A DNA stretch of 64,000 bases from contig SVTG01000005.1 in NCBI GenBank assembly GCA_015063895.1, positions 7,974-71,973 on the forward strand, read 5' to 3'. Under the pieces are notes generated by a model that saw nothing but the letters and a program-made list of their open reading frames with translations, did not search any database and was not told the DNA's origin. Made by a program: the position numbers and the translations under genes. Of the stretch, positions 14,887-24,144 are shown in pieces. This DNA is from Oscillospiraceae bacterium (GTDB taxonomy: Bacteria > Bacillota > Clostridia > Oscillospirales > CAG-272). Each line of letters opens with the position of its first letter. The stretch's first letter is position 1.

Positions 14887-15950
14887 TTCCCCCTTACACC
14901 AAAGGCGTAGACCGTGGTGTGATCGTAGGCCTCACCCGGGAACAGACGCACGTCGGTAAAATTGTCATGGTTGATGCTATCCGGCATTTTTTGAGTTTCA
15001 AGACACAGGGCATTTTGCAACGCCTGCGGATAGCCGCCCTTGAAGGGGTGGTCGGGATTATTGAGGAAATTGCCCGAATAAAACTGTACGGCAGGCAGCG
15101 TGGTCTTGGTGGTCATTTCAATGCCGCTTTGCGCGCAATAAAGCACGGCACGCGGAACCGGAGTCGGCTGCTCACCGCCGACAAAATTAAAGCAATGGTC
15201 GTAGCCACCTGCGTTTTTCAGATCAACGTCATCGGCGAAGAAATCACGCCCAACGGTCTTCGGGGCCGTAAAATCAAAGGGGGTGCCCTTCACCGCGCGC
15301 AATTCACCCGTGGGGATCAGCGTATCGTCGGTTGGGAGATACGTATCGGCGTCCAGCCAGAGCTCGTGCTCAAGGATCTTGCCCGAGGCGAAGCCACCGA
15401 GGTTAAAATACGAATGATTGGTAAGATTGACGATCGTGGTCCTGTCCGTGGTGGCCACGTAACGGATCGCCAATGCATTTTCTGCCATCAGCGTATACGT
15501 GACCGTTACACTGAGCGTACCGGGATACCCCTCGTCCCCGTCGGGCGATACGAGCGAAAGCGAGAGCGAGGGCTCCTCGCCGTCGTGCGGCGTTGCCGTC
15601 CAAATCTTACTGCTAAAGCCCTCGATACCACCATGCAGATGGTTAGGGCCATTATTGACGGCAAGCGTATACGTTTTGCCGTCAAGGGTAAATTTACCCT
15701 CTTTGATCCGATTACCGATGCGCCCGACAAGAGAGCCCTGATAGCCGTCGCCGTAAACGTAATCAAGAATATTGTCATAGCCGCCCACCACGTCAACAAG
15801 CCGCCCCTTGCGGTCGGGCACGAGCAGCTGCTGAATGGCACCCGCATAATCAAGCAAAGCTACGGTCATACCGTTTTTATTCTGCAAAATATAGCGCGAC
15901 ACCGCTGTGCCGTTCGGCAAAAAGCCGAAATGCTGTTTTTGGATACTCAT
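14883..15950 (-). CDS. galM: Aldose 1-epimerase (galactose mutarotase)
   Basis: Lies within ORF 14883-16280. ATG 15950 is preceded by GGGGAGG. GRIGNRIKEGKFTLDGKTYTLAVNNGPNHLHGG is the mutarotase signature. A 4-nt overlap with the next gene suggests coupling. Confidence 0.9.
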   Translation of the reverse strand: MSIQKQHFGFLPNGTAVSRYILQNKNGMTVALLDYAGAIQQLLVPDRKGRLVDVVGGYDNILDYVYGDGYQGSLVGRIGNRIKEGKFTLDGKTYTLAVNNGPNHLHGGIEGFSSKIWTATPHDGEEPSLSLSLVSPDGDEGYPGTLSVTVTYTLMAENALAIRYVATTDRTTIVNLTNHSYFNLGGFASGKILEHELWLDADTYLPTDDTLIPTGELRAVKGTPFDFTAPKTVGRDFFADDVDLKNAGGYDHCFNFVGGEQPTPVPRAVLYCAQSGIEMTTKTTLPAVQFYSGNFLNNPDHPFKGGYPQALQNALCLETQKMPDSINHDNFTDVRLFPGEAYDHTTVYAFGVRGK

Positions 15951-16067
15951 AAGCCTCCCCTTTCGCGGCGCACGCCGCCGTGTGATAAAAATATTATAAA
16001 TCTTTTTTGTGTTTTTGTATAGTGCTTTTTGTGATTTTTTCTTTTTTGATTTTAAAAGTGCCCTTTC

Positions 16068-16096
16068 TTGACAAAAATAGCGAAATGGATTATACT
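16068..16096 (+). promoter_or_regulatory. Sigma-A-type promoter of the ABC uptake operon
   Basis: TTGACA (16068-16073)-17 nt-TATACT (16091-16096). Confidence 0.6.
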
Positions 16097-16125
16097 TATT
16101 CCAAAGAATGAGAAAGGCACGGAAT

Positions 16126-17079
16126 ATGAAGAAAATTATTTGCCTGATATTACTCTTACTCCTTTGCTTGCCGCCTCTCACGGCCTGCCAAAAAACAGCC
16201 GATACCGTACGCGTTTGGACCTTGAACGGCACCACAGGCTTTGGTATGGCACCGATGATCGCCGCGGCAGATAAAAGCACCTATACCTTCACCGTTGAGA
16301 AGGACGCCACCGTCGTGCGCGACGCGATCATAAACGGTACGGCGGATATTGCGGCGCTCCCCACCAACGTGGCCGCTGCCCTTTATAACGCCACAAACGG
16401 TGGCGTGCGCGTGCTGGCACTGAACACGGGAAGCGTGCTTTACGCGGTAGGCACCGACAGCACCGTAACAGATCTTGCCGACCTTTCGGGAAAAACCCTT
16501 TTTGTCCCCGCACAAAATCCGACCTTTATCGTCAAAGCATTGCTTGAGCGTGCAGGCATCACCGACGTAGTGCTTGACAGCACCACCTACCCGACCCCCG
16601 ACGCGCTGCGCGATGCCGTAGCAACAGAACTCGTTACGCTGGCAATTCTCCCCGAGCCAATGCTGACGATCGCCCAAGGCGCCGCCGCCGGCGAAGGGCG
16701 CACACTCAACACGCTCCTTGACTTAGGGGCACAGTGGCGTAAATATTTTGGCGAGGAGTCGCTGGTGCAGGGGTGCGTGGTAGTACGCACGGCATTTCTT
16801 GAGAAGCACCCCGCGGCAGTCGCCGCATTTTTAAAGGATTACGAGGACTCTATTCACTATGTGAATAGCTACCCAGAGCTTGCCGCCGCACACATTCAAA
16901 GCGTTGGCATTTTCGCCAACGCCGAGATCGCCGCCAACGCCCTGCCGCGCTGCAATATTATCTTTAAAAGCGGCTCCGAGATGAAGGCTGCCTTGCACGC
17001 ATTTTTGGCAAACATGCCTTTAAAAGCCATCGGCGGAAAGATGCCCGATGACAATTTTTACTACTCAGAAACGAAGTGA
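16126..17079 (+). CDS. ABC transporter substrate-binding lipoprotein (NMT1/THI5-like, NitT/TauT family)
   Basis: Lipobox LTAC after MKKIICLILLLLLCLPP. The fold family is inferred from overall similarity and the operon partners. Confidence 0.8.
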   Translation: MKKIICLILLLLLCLPPLTACQKTADTVRVWTLNGTTGFGMAPMIAAADKSTYTFTVEKDATVVRDAIINGTADIAALPTNVAAALYNATNGGVRVLALNTGSVLYAVGTDSTVTDLADLSGKTLFVPAQNPTFIVKALLERAGITDVVLDSTTYPTPDALRDAVATELVTLAILPEPMLTIAQGAAAGEGRTLNTLLDLGAQWRKYFGEESLVQGCVVVRTAFLEKHPAAVAAFLKDYEDSIHYVNSYPELAAAHIQSVGIFANAEIAANALPRCNIIFKSGSEMKAALHAFLANMPLKAIGGKMPDDNFYYSETK

Positions 17080-17083
17080 CGTT

Positions 17084-17848
17084 ATGAACGACAACACCAA
17101 AAAGATCCTGACAAGAGCGGCACCGTGGCTGGCCTTGCTGTTTTGGCTGACGGTATGGCTGGTGATCGCACTGATTTTTAACAAGCCGCTGCTGCTGCCC
17201 ACGCCCGTTGCGGTAGCAAAAAAGCTGGGCGAGCTGTTGTGCACCGCCACCTTCTGGCAGGCGCTGGCGCTCTCACTTTTGCGCATCGTCGCAGGCATTG
17301 CCGCCGCCGTAGCTCTTGGTACACTGCTTGCATTCCTTTGCGTGCGATTCAAAATACTTGACTGTATCATCGCCCCACTGCTGAATCTTTTCAAGGCAAC
17401 GCCCGTAGCCTCGGTCATTTTTTTACTCCTGCTCTTCATCGGCCGCAACACCGTTCCCCTCTTTATTGCCTTTGCTATGGCGTTGCCGATCATCTTCAGC
17501 AACGTAAAAGAGGGCCTGCTGCAGACCGACAGGCAGCTTTTTGAAATGGCGGCCGTCTTTCGCGTGCCCCGTGGACGCACGCTGAAATGCATCACACTCC
17601 CCTCGCTGATCCCCTATCTTGTTGCCGCTTGCCGCGCCGCTATTTCACTGGCGTGGAAGGCAGGAATTGCCGCCGAGGTGCTGGCCGTGCCCGAGCACGC
17701 GCTCGGTCGCGCGATCTTTGAAAGCAAGCAATATCTTCAAACAGATGAGCTGTTTGCCTACACGGCGGCGGTGCTGATCATCAGTGCGGTGCTTGAAAAA
17801 ATAACGCTGCGTCTGCTGCGCGACAAAGGAGGAAGGGATCGATGCTGA
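17084..17848 (+). CDS. ABC transporter permease (NitT/TauT family)
   Basis: Six hydrophobic segments and an EAA-like loop. The start at ATG 17084 comes just after the SBP stop. Confidence 0.85.
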   Translation: MNDNTKKILTRAAPWLALLFWLTVWLVIALIFNKPLLLPTPVAVAKKLGELLCTATFWQALALSLLRIVAGIAAAVALGTLLAFLCVRFKILDCIIAPLLNLFKATPVASVIFLLLLFIGRNTVPLFIAFAMALPIIFSNVKEGLLQTDRQLFEMAAVFRVPRGRTLKCITLPSLIPYLVAACRAAISLAWKAGIAAEVLAVPEHALGRAIFESKQYLQTDELFAYTAAVLIISAVLEKITLRLLRDKGGRDRC

Positions 17849-18435
17849 AGCTGACAGATCTTTGCTTTTCCTACGGCAACAGACGCGTGATCGACAACCT
17901 CGATTTTACGTTCCCCAAAACGGGGATCATCGTGCTGACGGGCCCTTCCGGTATTGGCAAAACAACGCTACTCAAGCTCATTGCGGGCACCCTGAAGCCA
18001 AGCGAAGGCGAGGTTGCCTCAAGCTATCGCAAAACAGCTATGGCTTTTCAGGAGCCGCGCTTGTTAAATTGGTTAAATTCCGAAGAAAACATAAATTTTG
18101 TTCTTTCTTGCAAAAATAACGGTCTTGATATAGCGCAAGAATGGTTGACAAAATTTGATCTCACGGCGCATAAAAAAAGCCTGCCGAGTGCGCTTTCCGG
18201 GGGCGAGCGGCAGCGACTTTCCCTCGCGCGCGCCCTTGCCGCCGAGGCTGACCTGCTGCTGCTTGACGAGCCCTTTTCCGCCCTTGACGAACCACTTGCC
18301 AAGCGCGCCGCAGCGCTTGTAAAAAGCGCAAATCCCGAGGGGCTGACGATCGTTATTACGCACGATCTCACCCACGCCGCGTGGCTTGAAGCCGAGGTGC
18401 ATCACCTTGAAGGCACGCCCATCACCACTCTTTAA
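17842..18435 (+). CDS. ABC transporter ATP-binding protein
   Basis: Walker A GPSGIGKTT, signature LSGGERQRLSLARAL, Walker B LLLLDEP. Overlaps the permease gene by 7 nt. Confidence 0.9.
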   Translation: MLKLTDLCFSYGNRRVIDNLDFTFPKTGIIVLTGPSGIGKTTLLKLIAGTLKPSEGEVASSYRKTAMAFQEPRLLNWLNSEENINFVLSCKNNGLDIAQEWLTKFDLTAHKKSLPSALSGGERQRLSLARALAAEADLLLLDEPFSALDEPLAKRAAALVKSANPEGLTIVITHDLTHAAWLEAEVHHLEGTPITTL

Positions 18436-18486
18436 AGGGCCAAGGCCGCTTCCCTCTTTCGCTTATCTGAAAGCCTTCGGCATACC

Positions 18487-18530
18487 AAAAAGCAGTCACC
18501 TTCACACACGCGAAGGTGACTGCTTTTTTT
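18487..18530. terminator. Bidirectional intrinsic terminator
   Basis: aaaaagcagtcaccttc-acacacgc-gaaggtgactgcttttt between convergent genes. Confidence 0.85.
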
Positions 18531-19368
18531 ATAAATTCATTGAGCGGTGTGCGTTTGCTACACGCTTTGCAAGGCCAAAAAGATGCGCGGCAAATGCCTC
18601 GGGCGTCATATCGCCATAGGCACCTTGCTGCCAAACCTCCAGCGTCAATGCACCCTCATAGCCATATTTGTCAAGCTTTTGCATCATATCGGCAAAGTCA
18701 AAATTACCGTCAAAGGGCAGCAGATGATAGTCCGCATCCTTCATCGGATCCTCCTTATCACGCCCAAAATTATCATGTATATGCGTGCAAAGAGTACGCT
18801 TGCCATACAGATCAAGAAACGGTACCGTTTCGGTGTAACAATGGGCGTGACCGTTATCGTAGCAGAAGCCGACCTCAGGCACGCGCTCATAACGCTCCAT
18901 CAAAAGGGCCAACGCGCCGAGCGTGTAAATATTTTCGAATGCCAGCTTTACGCCGCGTTTTACCGCATGCTCCACGATATCGTCAAAGCGCGAAAGACCG
19001 ATCTCCGTCACAAGCGGTGAGCGCCAGCCTTCGGTGAGATGCATACAAACGGTCTTCACGTCGGCGGCAGCGGCACTGTCAATGGCGGTCTTGACCTTAT
19101 TAAACAAGGAGATATGACCGATGCCGTGTTTCCACAGCTCGTTCATATATACCCTTTTTCCATCGGCACACAGTTCATTCCACGGTGCGTGGATAAAGGC
19201 AAAGTCTATCCCGACCTCATCGGCTCTTTTTTTAAGATCCTGCACGGCTTCGGGTGTGTATACGCCCGAAAAGAAGCAGTCAAAGCCTGCATTTTTTAAA
19301 ATCGGCAATGCATCTGCCTCGGCAACGCCCTTCAGGCAATGGCTGTTTACACCAAGCTTCCGTTCCAT
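18529..19368 (-). CDS. Sugar phosphate isomerase/epimerase (xylose-isomerase-like TIM barrel), paralogue 2
   Basis: 279 aa. Roughly half its residues are identical by eye to the upstream neighbour (e.g. ERVPEVGFCYDNGHAHCYTETVPFLDL, RDKEDPMKDADYHLLPFDG). Confidence 0.8.
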   Translation of the reverse strand: MERKLGVNSHCLKGVAEADALPILKNAGFDCFFSGVYTPEAVQDLKKRADEVGIDFAFIHAPWNELCADGKRVYMNELWKHGIGHISLFNKVKTAIDSAAAADVKTVCMHLTEGWRSPLVTEIGLSRFDDIVEHAVKRGVKLAFENIYTLGALALLMERYERVPEVGFCYDNGHAHCYTETVPFLDLYGKRTLCTHIHDNFGRDKEDPMKDADYHLLPFDGNFDFADMMQKLDKYGYEGALTLEVWQQGAYGDMTPEAFAAHLFGLAKRVANAHRSMNL

Positions 19369-20195
19369 TATTTCTCGCCCTTAGAAAGTCGCACGGTGCG
19401 CTCATAAAGCATCGCCAAAAAGTCCTCGGGGGTCATTTCTCTGTACTTGCCGTACTGACCGACCTCCAATGTGAGGGCACCGTCATAGCCGTATTTATCC
19501 ATTCTTTTGATCATTTCGCCATAATCAAAGGTGCCGTCGTAGGGTAAGAGATGATAATCGGCATCCTTTGCGGGATCCTCCTTATCGCGGCCGTAGTTGT
19601 CGTGCAGGTGCGTAAAGTAGGTGCGCTTGCCCCACAGGTCAAGGAACGGTACAGTCTCAGTATAGCAATGCTCGTGGCCGTTGTCATAGCAGAAGCCGAC
19701 CTCGGGCACACGGTCATAGCGCTCAAGAAGTGCTGCAAGCAAGCCAAAATTACGCAGATTTTCAAAGGTAAGCTTGACACCCTTCTTTACGGCATGCTCA
19801 ACCAGTCTGTCAAAGCGCTCAAAGCCAAGATCCGTGGCGGGCGGCGCCACCCAACCGGCGGTTACGTGCTGACAAATACCCGAAACACCGCAAGCAGCAG
19901 CACTGTCAAGTGCCTCAATCGTTGCATCAAACAAGGGCAGGTAAGCAAGACCGGGCTTCCAGAAATCATTCATATAAAAACGGCCGCCCAGCGCATCTGC
20001 ATAATTCCACTTTGCGTGAATAAACTCAAAATCAAGCCCTTGCTTATCAGCCTCATTTTTCAAGGCTGCAACCTGCTCAAGCTTATACGCGCCCGTGAAG
20101 AAGCAATCAAAGCCTGCTTCTTTAATATACTTTAAAGCATCTAATTCGGGAATGCCTGCAAGACACGTTGACTGTACACCAAGTCTTCTTTCCAT
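19368..20195 (-). CDS. Sugar phosphate isomerase/epimerase (xylose-isomerase-like TIM barrel), paralogue 1
   Basis: 275 aa. It is a tandem paralogue of 18529-19368, and the two genes overlap by 1 nt. Confidence 0.8.
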   Translation of the reverse strand: MERRLGVQSTCLAGIPELDALKYIKEAGFDCFFTGAYKLEQVAALKNEADKQGLDFEFIHAKWNYADALGGRFYMNDFWKPGLAYLPLFDATIEALDSAAACGVSGICQHVTAGWVAPPATDLGFERFDRLVEHAVKKGVKLTFENLRNFGLLAALLERYDRVPEVGFCYDNGHEHCYTETVPFLDLWGKRTYFTHLHDNYGRDKEDPAKDADYHLLPYDGTFDYGEMIKRMDKYGYDGALTLEVGQYGKYREMTPEDFLAMLYERTVRLSKGEK

Positions 20196-20211
20196 GATAA
20201 GATCTCCTTAG

Positions 20212-20802
20212 TTAAATTTCAATTTTCTTTTGAATATTGATAACCCGCAGAATGACGGGACACAATACAATGTTAAACAGCAGCTCAAACAGGAAATTAA
20301 AGCCCGCAAGCCCCAAGAACATATAAGCTACGGCATTGGCATAGCCAAGGCCTGCCCCCCATTGACTGATCGTTTCAAAGAAAAACAGCTTGCAGCCGAG
20401 CAAAAATACACCGGTATTGACGATCGGGCACGAAATAGCCGCTACCATCACCGCGATATAACGGTTTCTTTTTTCAAGCAATCGATAAACAAGTCCTGCC
20501 GCAAGGCCGCACCCGGCGCCCTTGAGGAGCACCACGAAGACCGTGCCCGGTACACTGATGGCCAAGAATGCGCTGGCATCGGTGATCAGCACCACCACGC
20601 CAAACACAAAGCCGAGCCACGTGCTGATCTTAGGTCCGCAGGTGGCGGCGCCGATCACGATCGGAATCAGTACCAGCGATACCGAAAACATGCCGAAACG
20701 GATAAACGACCCTGCCAGCTGTAAAACAACCACCAAAGCCGTTAAAATAGCGCCCAAAACCATGGTTTGCGTGGTTTTATTGCGTTTTTCAAAATTTTTC
20801 AT
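20212..20802 (-). CDS. ECF-transporter S component (substrate unknown)
   Basis: Lies within ORF 20212-20838. ATG 20802 is preceded by AAGGAG. About 196 aa with six hydrophobic helices and the S-component-like N-terminus KTTQTMVLGAILTALVVVLQ. No EcfA/A'/T genes occur in the window. Confidence 0.7.
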   Translation of the reverse strand: MKNFEKRNKTTQTMVLGAILTALVVVLQLAGSFIRFGMFSVSLVLIPIVIGAATCGPKISTWLGFVFGVVVLITDASAFLAISVPGTVFVVLLKGAGCGLAAGLVYRLLEKRNRYIAVMVAAISCPIVNTGVFLLGCKLFFFETISQWGAGLGYANAVAYMFLGLAGFNFLFELLFNIVLCPVILRVINIQKKIEI

Positions 20803-20857
20803 TTTGTACTCCTTTGTATAACTCAAAGCTTGGTCCATTCAGCCCTACTACAACAAC

Positions 20858-20886
20858 AGTATAGCACACGCGCCCTTTTATTTCAA
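20858..20886 (-). promoter_or_regulatory. Sigma-A-type promoter of the ECF-S / TIM-barrel operon
   Basis: The minus strand reads TTGAAA-17 nt-TATACT (-35 at 20881-20886, -10 at 20858-20863). The 5' UTR of about 50 nt is too short for a riboswitch. Confidence 0.55.
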
Positions 20887-20950
20887 CGATTTTGAAAAAA
20901 TTTGTTAGGTTTTTCACCCAAATCACACGCACTTAGCAAAAAGATCCGGC

Positions 20951-20990
20951 AAAAAAGCGGCACCATTCATCATGCGATGAATGGTGCCGC
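20951..20990 (-). terminator. Intrinsic terminator of the MlrC/flavoprotein operon
   Basis: gcggcaccattcatc-atgc-gatgaatggtgccgc: a 15-bp stem followed by TTTTTT on the minus strand. Confidence 0.85.
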
Positions 20991-21022
20991 CGATTCTGAT
21001 TTAATAAATCACGGTATGATGA

Positions 21023-21385
21023 TTACTCAAGAGAGCCGGAGGCTACGAGGTTTGCGCCCGTACCCATAAAGTTCTCAACGATCACGTCACCGGGAACAAG
21101 CTTGCCCGAAACGGTGATCTTCTTTACCTCTTCCATAGCGGCCATCTGCATATCCTTGGGGATAGGTGCAGAGGTTCTGACAGCTACCAGCGGTACAGCA
21201 GCACCGGAGGTCTTAACGGAGGAAGTAAGAATACGCAGGGGCTTAATGAACTCGTTTTCGGCATAAACCTTGCCGCGCTTGCACTTAAAGCCCTCGCAAC
21301 CGGTGATCTCACCCTTTGCAGGGTCGCCGGTTACCTTAATGATACAGCCCTGGGGGCAGGTGATACAAATAATATCCTTAACCAT
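21023..21385 (-). CDS. DUF1667 domain protein (small subunit of the GlpA-like flavoprotein set)
   Basis: 120 aa. MVKDIICITCPQGCIIKV is the characteristic N-terminus of DUF1667. Confidence 0.85.
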   Translation of the reverse strand: MVKDIICITCPQGCIIKVTGDPAKGEITGCEGFKCKRGKVYAENEFIKPLRILTSSVKTSGAAVPLVAVRTSAPIPKDMQMAAMEEVKKITVSGKLVPGDVIVENFMGTGANLVASGSLE

Positions 21386-21402
21386 AACAGCAAACTCCTT
21401 TC

Positions 21403-22644
21403 TTAAACCACTTCGATGCGAATGCTCGAAACACCCTGCATATCCTCGGGTTTAACTTCAATGTGCTCCATCTCACCGGGATTGATCTTGATGAGCTTCT
21501 TGGAGAAGATCTCCTTATCATCGGCATAAGCCTTCATCGTAACGCCAAGCTTGGGAGCAGCGGCGCGGAAGAACAGCTTAGCAGGTGCATCGGGGCAGAT
21601 TCTCTGGGGGCAGATGTAACGAACGTTGTTACCCGTAACAGAGGGGATCTCCTTTGCCTTGGGCAGCGTGCCGAGCGCGTACTGTGCGGCATACTGACCT
21701 GCACGCAGAGACTCATCGGTTACGTTATCAACCAGGTCGTTTACGTGTACTACGTTACCGCAAGCGAACACGTACTCTTCGCTGGTCTGCATGAACTGAT
21801 TGACCTCGGGACCGTTGGTGATGGGGTTGATCTTGATGCCGGCCTCCTTGGTCAGCTCGTTCTCGGGGATAAGGCCGCAGGAAAGCAGAAGCGTGTCGCA
21901 CTCGTAAAGCACCTCGGTGCCCTTGATGGGCTGCTTGGTTGCAGGGTCAACCTCTGCAATCACAACGCCCTCAACGCGCTTGTTGCCCTTGATCTCAACG
22001 ATGGTATGAGAAAGGAGAAGCGGAATGCCAAAGTCGTCAAGGCACTGTACGCGGTTACGCGTAAGGCCTGCGGTGTAATCCATCAGCTCGGCAACAGCCA
22101 GAACCTTTGCACCCTCCAGGGTCATACGGCGAGCCATGATCATACCAATGTCACCGGAGCCAAGGATAACGACCTTCTTACCAACCATCATATTCTGACG
22201 GTTGACAAGACGCTGTGCAGCACCTGCGGTGTAAACGCCTGCAGGACGGGTACCGGGGGTCATGATCGCACCACGGGTACGCTCACGGCAGCCCATAGCA
22301 AGCACGATAGACTTGCCCTTGGCTACAAACAGACCGTCCTTGGGGTTGATACCTACTACGGAGTGGTCACCAACCTCAAGCACCATGGTGTCAAGCTTTA
22401 CCTCGATATCGGAGGCCTTCACCTTCTCGATAAAGCGGTAAGCGTATTCGGGGCCCGAAAGCTCCTCGTTAAAATATTTCAAACCGAAGCCGGGGTGAAT
22501 GCACTGCTGCAGAATACCGCCAAGGCTTACGTCACGCTCTACGATCAGAACGTCCTTTGCGCCGGCTTCCTTTGCGCCGACTGCGGCAGCAAGGCCAGCA
22601 GGGCCACCGCCGACAACGATTACGTCATAAATCTTTTCAGCCAT
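21403..22644 (-). CDS. NAD(P)/FAD-dependent (pyridine nucleotide-disulfide type) oxidoreductase
   Basis: Two Rossmann dinucleotide motifs: VIVVGGGPAGLAAA and KVVILGSGDIGMIMA. Confidence 0.85.
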   Translation of the reverse strand: MAEKIYDVIVVGGGPAGLAAAVGAKEAGAKDVLIVERDVSLGGILQQCIHPGFGLKYFNEELSGPEYAYRFIEKVKASDIEVKLDTMVLEVGDHSVVGINPKDGLFVAKGKSIVLAMGCRERTRGAIMTPGTRPAGVYTAGAAQRLVNRQNMMVGKKVVILGSGDIGMIMARRMTLEGAKVLAVAELMDYTAGLTRNRVQCLDDFGIPLLLSHTIVEIKGNKRVEGVVIAEVDPATKQPIKGTEVLYECDTLLLSCGLIPENELTKEAGIKINPITNGPEVNQFMQTSEEYVFACGNVVHVNDLVDNVTDESLRAGQYAAQYALGTLPKAKEIPSVTGNNVRYICPQRICPDAPAKLFFRAAAPKLGVTMKAYADDKEIFSKKLIKINPGEMEHIEVKPEDMQGVSSIRIEVV

Positions 22645-22661
22645 TTTCGCGCTCTCCTTTC

Positions 22662-24101
22662 TTATCTTACAAAGCCCTTAAGCATCTCGGAGCCCTTGTC
22701 GTTCTTGCAAACTTCATCGGGAGAAATGCCAAGCTCACGGGCAAGGATCTCAATAACACGGGGACCGCAGAAGCCGCCCTGGCAACGACCCATACCTGCA
22801 CGTACACGACGCTTTACACCGTCAACGGTGGTAGCGCCAAGGGTGCGGTGAATGGCATCGCAGATCTGACCCTCGGTGATGGTCTCACAACGGCAGATCA
22901 CGTTGCCGTAGCGGGGATCCTTTGCGATCAGCTCAGCCTTCTCCTCAGCGGAAAGCTCAACGAAGTGAGGCGTGCCCTTGCGGGTCTTGATGAAGTCGGT
23001 CTTGGGCTCAGCCTTCATGCCGGACTCAATGAGGAGGTCAGCTACGTATTTTGCAACTGCTACGGAGTTGGTAAGACCGGTCGAACGAACGCCGGAAATG
23101 TTGACGTAGCCCTTAAGGTCGTCGTACATATCAATGTTCAGACCCTCGGGGTTACGCTGTGCGCGCAGGCCGCAGTACTGGGTGATGGAGTCGCGAAGAT
23201 TTACGCGAGGAATCATCTTGCGTACGTCCGCTGCGATGCTGTCAAGACCCTCCTTGTTGGTGCTCTTGTCGGTCTTATCAAGCAGATCCTCAGCGGTGGG
23301 GCCAACGAGCATATTGCCGTGCATGGTGGGGCACATCAGCTTACCCTTGGTTACCTTGGTGGGAATGGGAAGCACGATGGTTCTTACCTTGCAGGAGGTC
23401 TTCTTATCAAGAATGTAGAACTGGCCCTTACGGGGAGTTACGTAGTAATCGTTCTTGCCAACGAAGGAAGCGATCTCGTCGCAGTAAAGACCTGCGGCGT
23501 TGATAATGTATTTGCACTCAATGTCGCCCTTATCGGTCTTAACGGTGGTAACGGCGCCGTCCTTCTGCTCAATGCCGATCACCTTGGTTGCAAGCTCAAA
23601 CTTAACGCCGTTGTCGGCTGCGTTCTCGGCCAACGCGATGCAAAGCAGGAACGGATCGATGATGCTCTCGCGAGGAATGTAAAGACCGCCCTTAACCTCG
23701 GGGTTAAGCTCGGGCTCCATCTCCAGCAGCTCCTCAGCGGTTTTGTACTCTACGTCGTAAACGCGGTTCATCATAGCCTTGTGCTTGATGGCAGGCAGCT
23801 GCTCCATCTGCTCATCGTTGAAAGCGGGCAGAATCGCACCGATGCGCTTGAAAGGAATGTCAAGATCCTTGCAAATCTCATCGTACATGGGGTTAGCGGC
23901 AACTACCAGCTGGCTTTCCAGCGTGCCGGGCTTTGCATCGTAGCCCGTGTGGATAATTGCACTGTTGGACTTGGAGCTGTCGCCACCGATGTCAGAGTTC
24001 TTCTCAACAACGGTAACATCAAGCTTGTACTTGGACAGCTCACGTGCGAGCGCACTGCCTACGGCGCCTGCACCAATGATGACAACATCTGTCTTTTTCA
24101 T
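22662..24101 (-). CDS. FAD-dependent oxidoreductase, anaerobic glycerol-3-phosphate dehydrogenase (GlpA)-like, with a BFD-like [2Fe-2S] domain
   Basis: VVIIGAGAVGSALAREL (DAO-type FAD site). The C-terminal CRCETITEGQICDAI...GRCQGGFC is a BFD-like Cys cluster. Confidence 0.8.
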   Translation of the reverse strand: MKKTDVVIIGAGAVGSALARELSKYKLDVTVVEKNSDIGGDSSKSNSAIIHTGYDAKPGTLESQLVVAANPMYDEICKDLDIPFKRIGAILPAFNDEQMEQLPAIKHKAMMNRVYDVEYKTAEELLEMEPELNPEVKGGLYIPRESIIDPFLLCIALAENAADNGVKFELATKVIGIEQKDGAVTTVKTDKGDIECKYIINAAGLYCDEIASFVGKNDYYVTPRKGQFYILDKKTSCKVRTIVLPIPTKVTKGKLMCPTMHGNMLVGPTAEDLLDKTDKSTNKEGLDSIAADVRKMIPRVNLRDSITQYCGLRAQRNPEGLNIDMYDDLKGYVNISGVRSTGLTNSVAVAKYVADLLIESGMKAEPKTDFIKTRKGTPHFVELSAEEKAELIAKDPRYGNVICRCETITEGQICDAIHRTLGATTVDGVKRRVRAGMGRCQGGFCGPRVIEILARELGISPDEVCKNDKGSEMLKGFVR

Positions 24102-24144
24102 AGTGTTCTCCTTATCTATTAAGCATTTTTTTGCTTTTACTGTG

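Noticed and set aside
15951-16125. An expected TPP (or other) riboswitch upstream of the NMT1/THI5-like ABC uptake operon.
   Set aside because: No CUGAGA / ACCUGA-type TPP core is present, and the predicted promoter leaves only about 30 nt of leader. There is no riboswitch-sized structured region.
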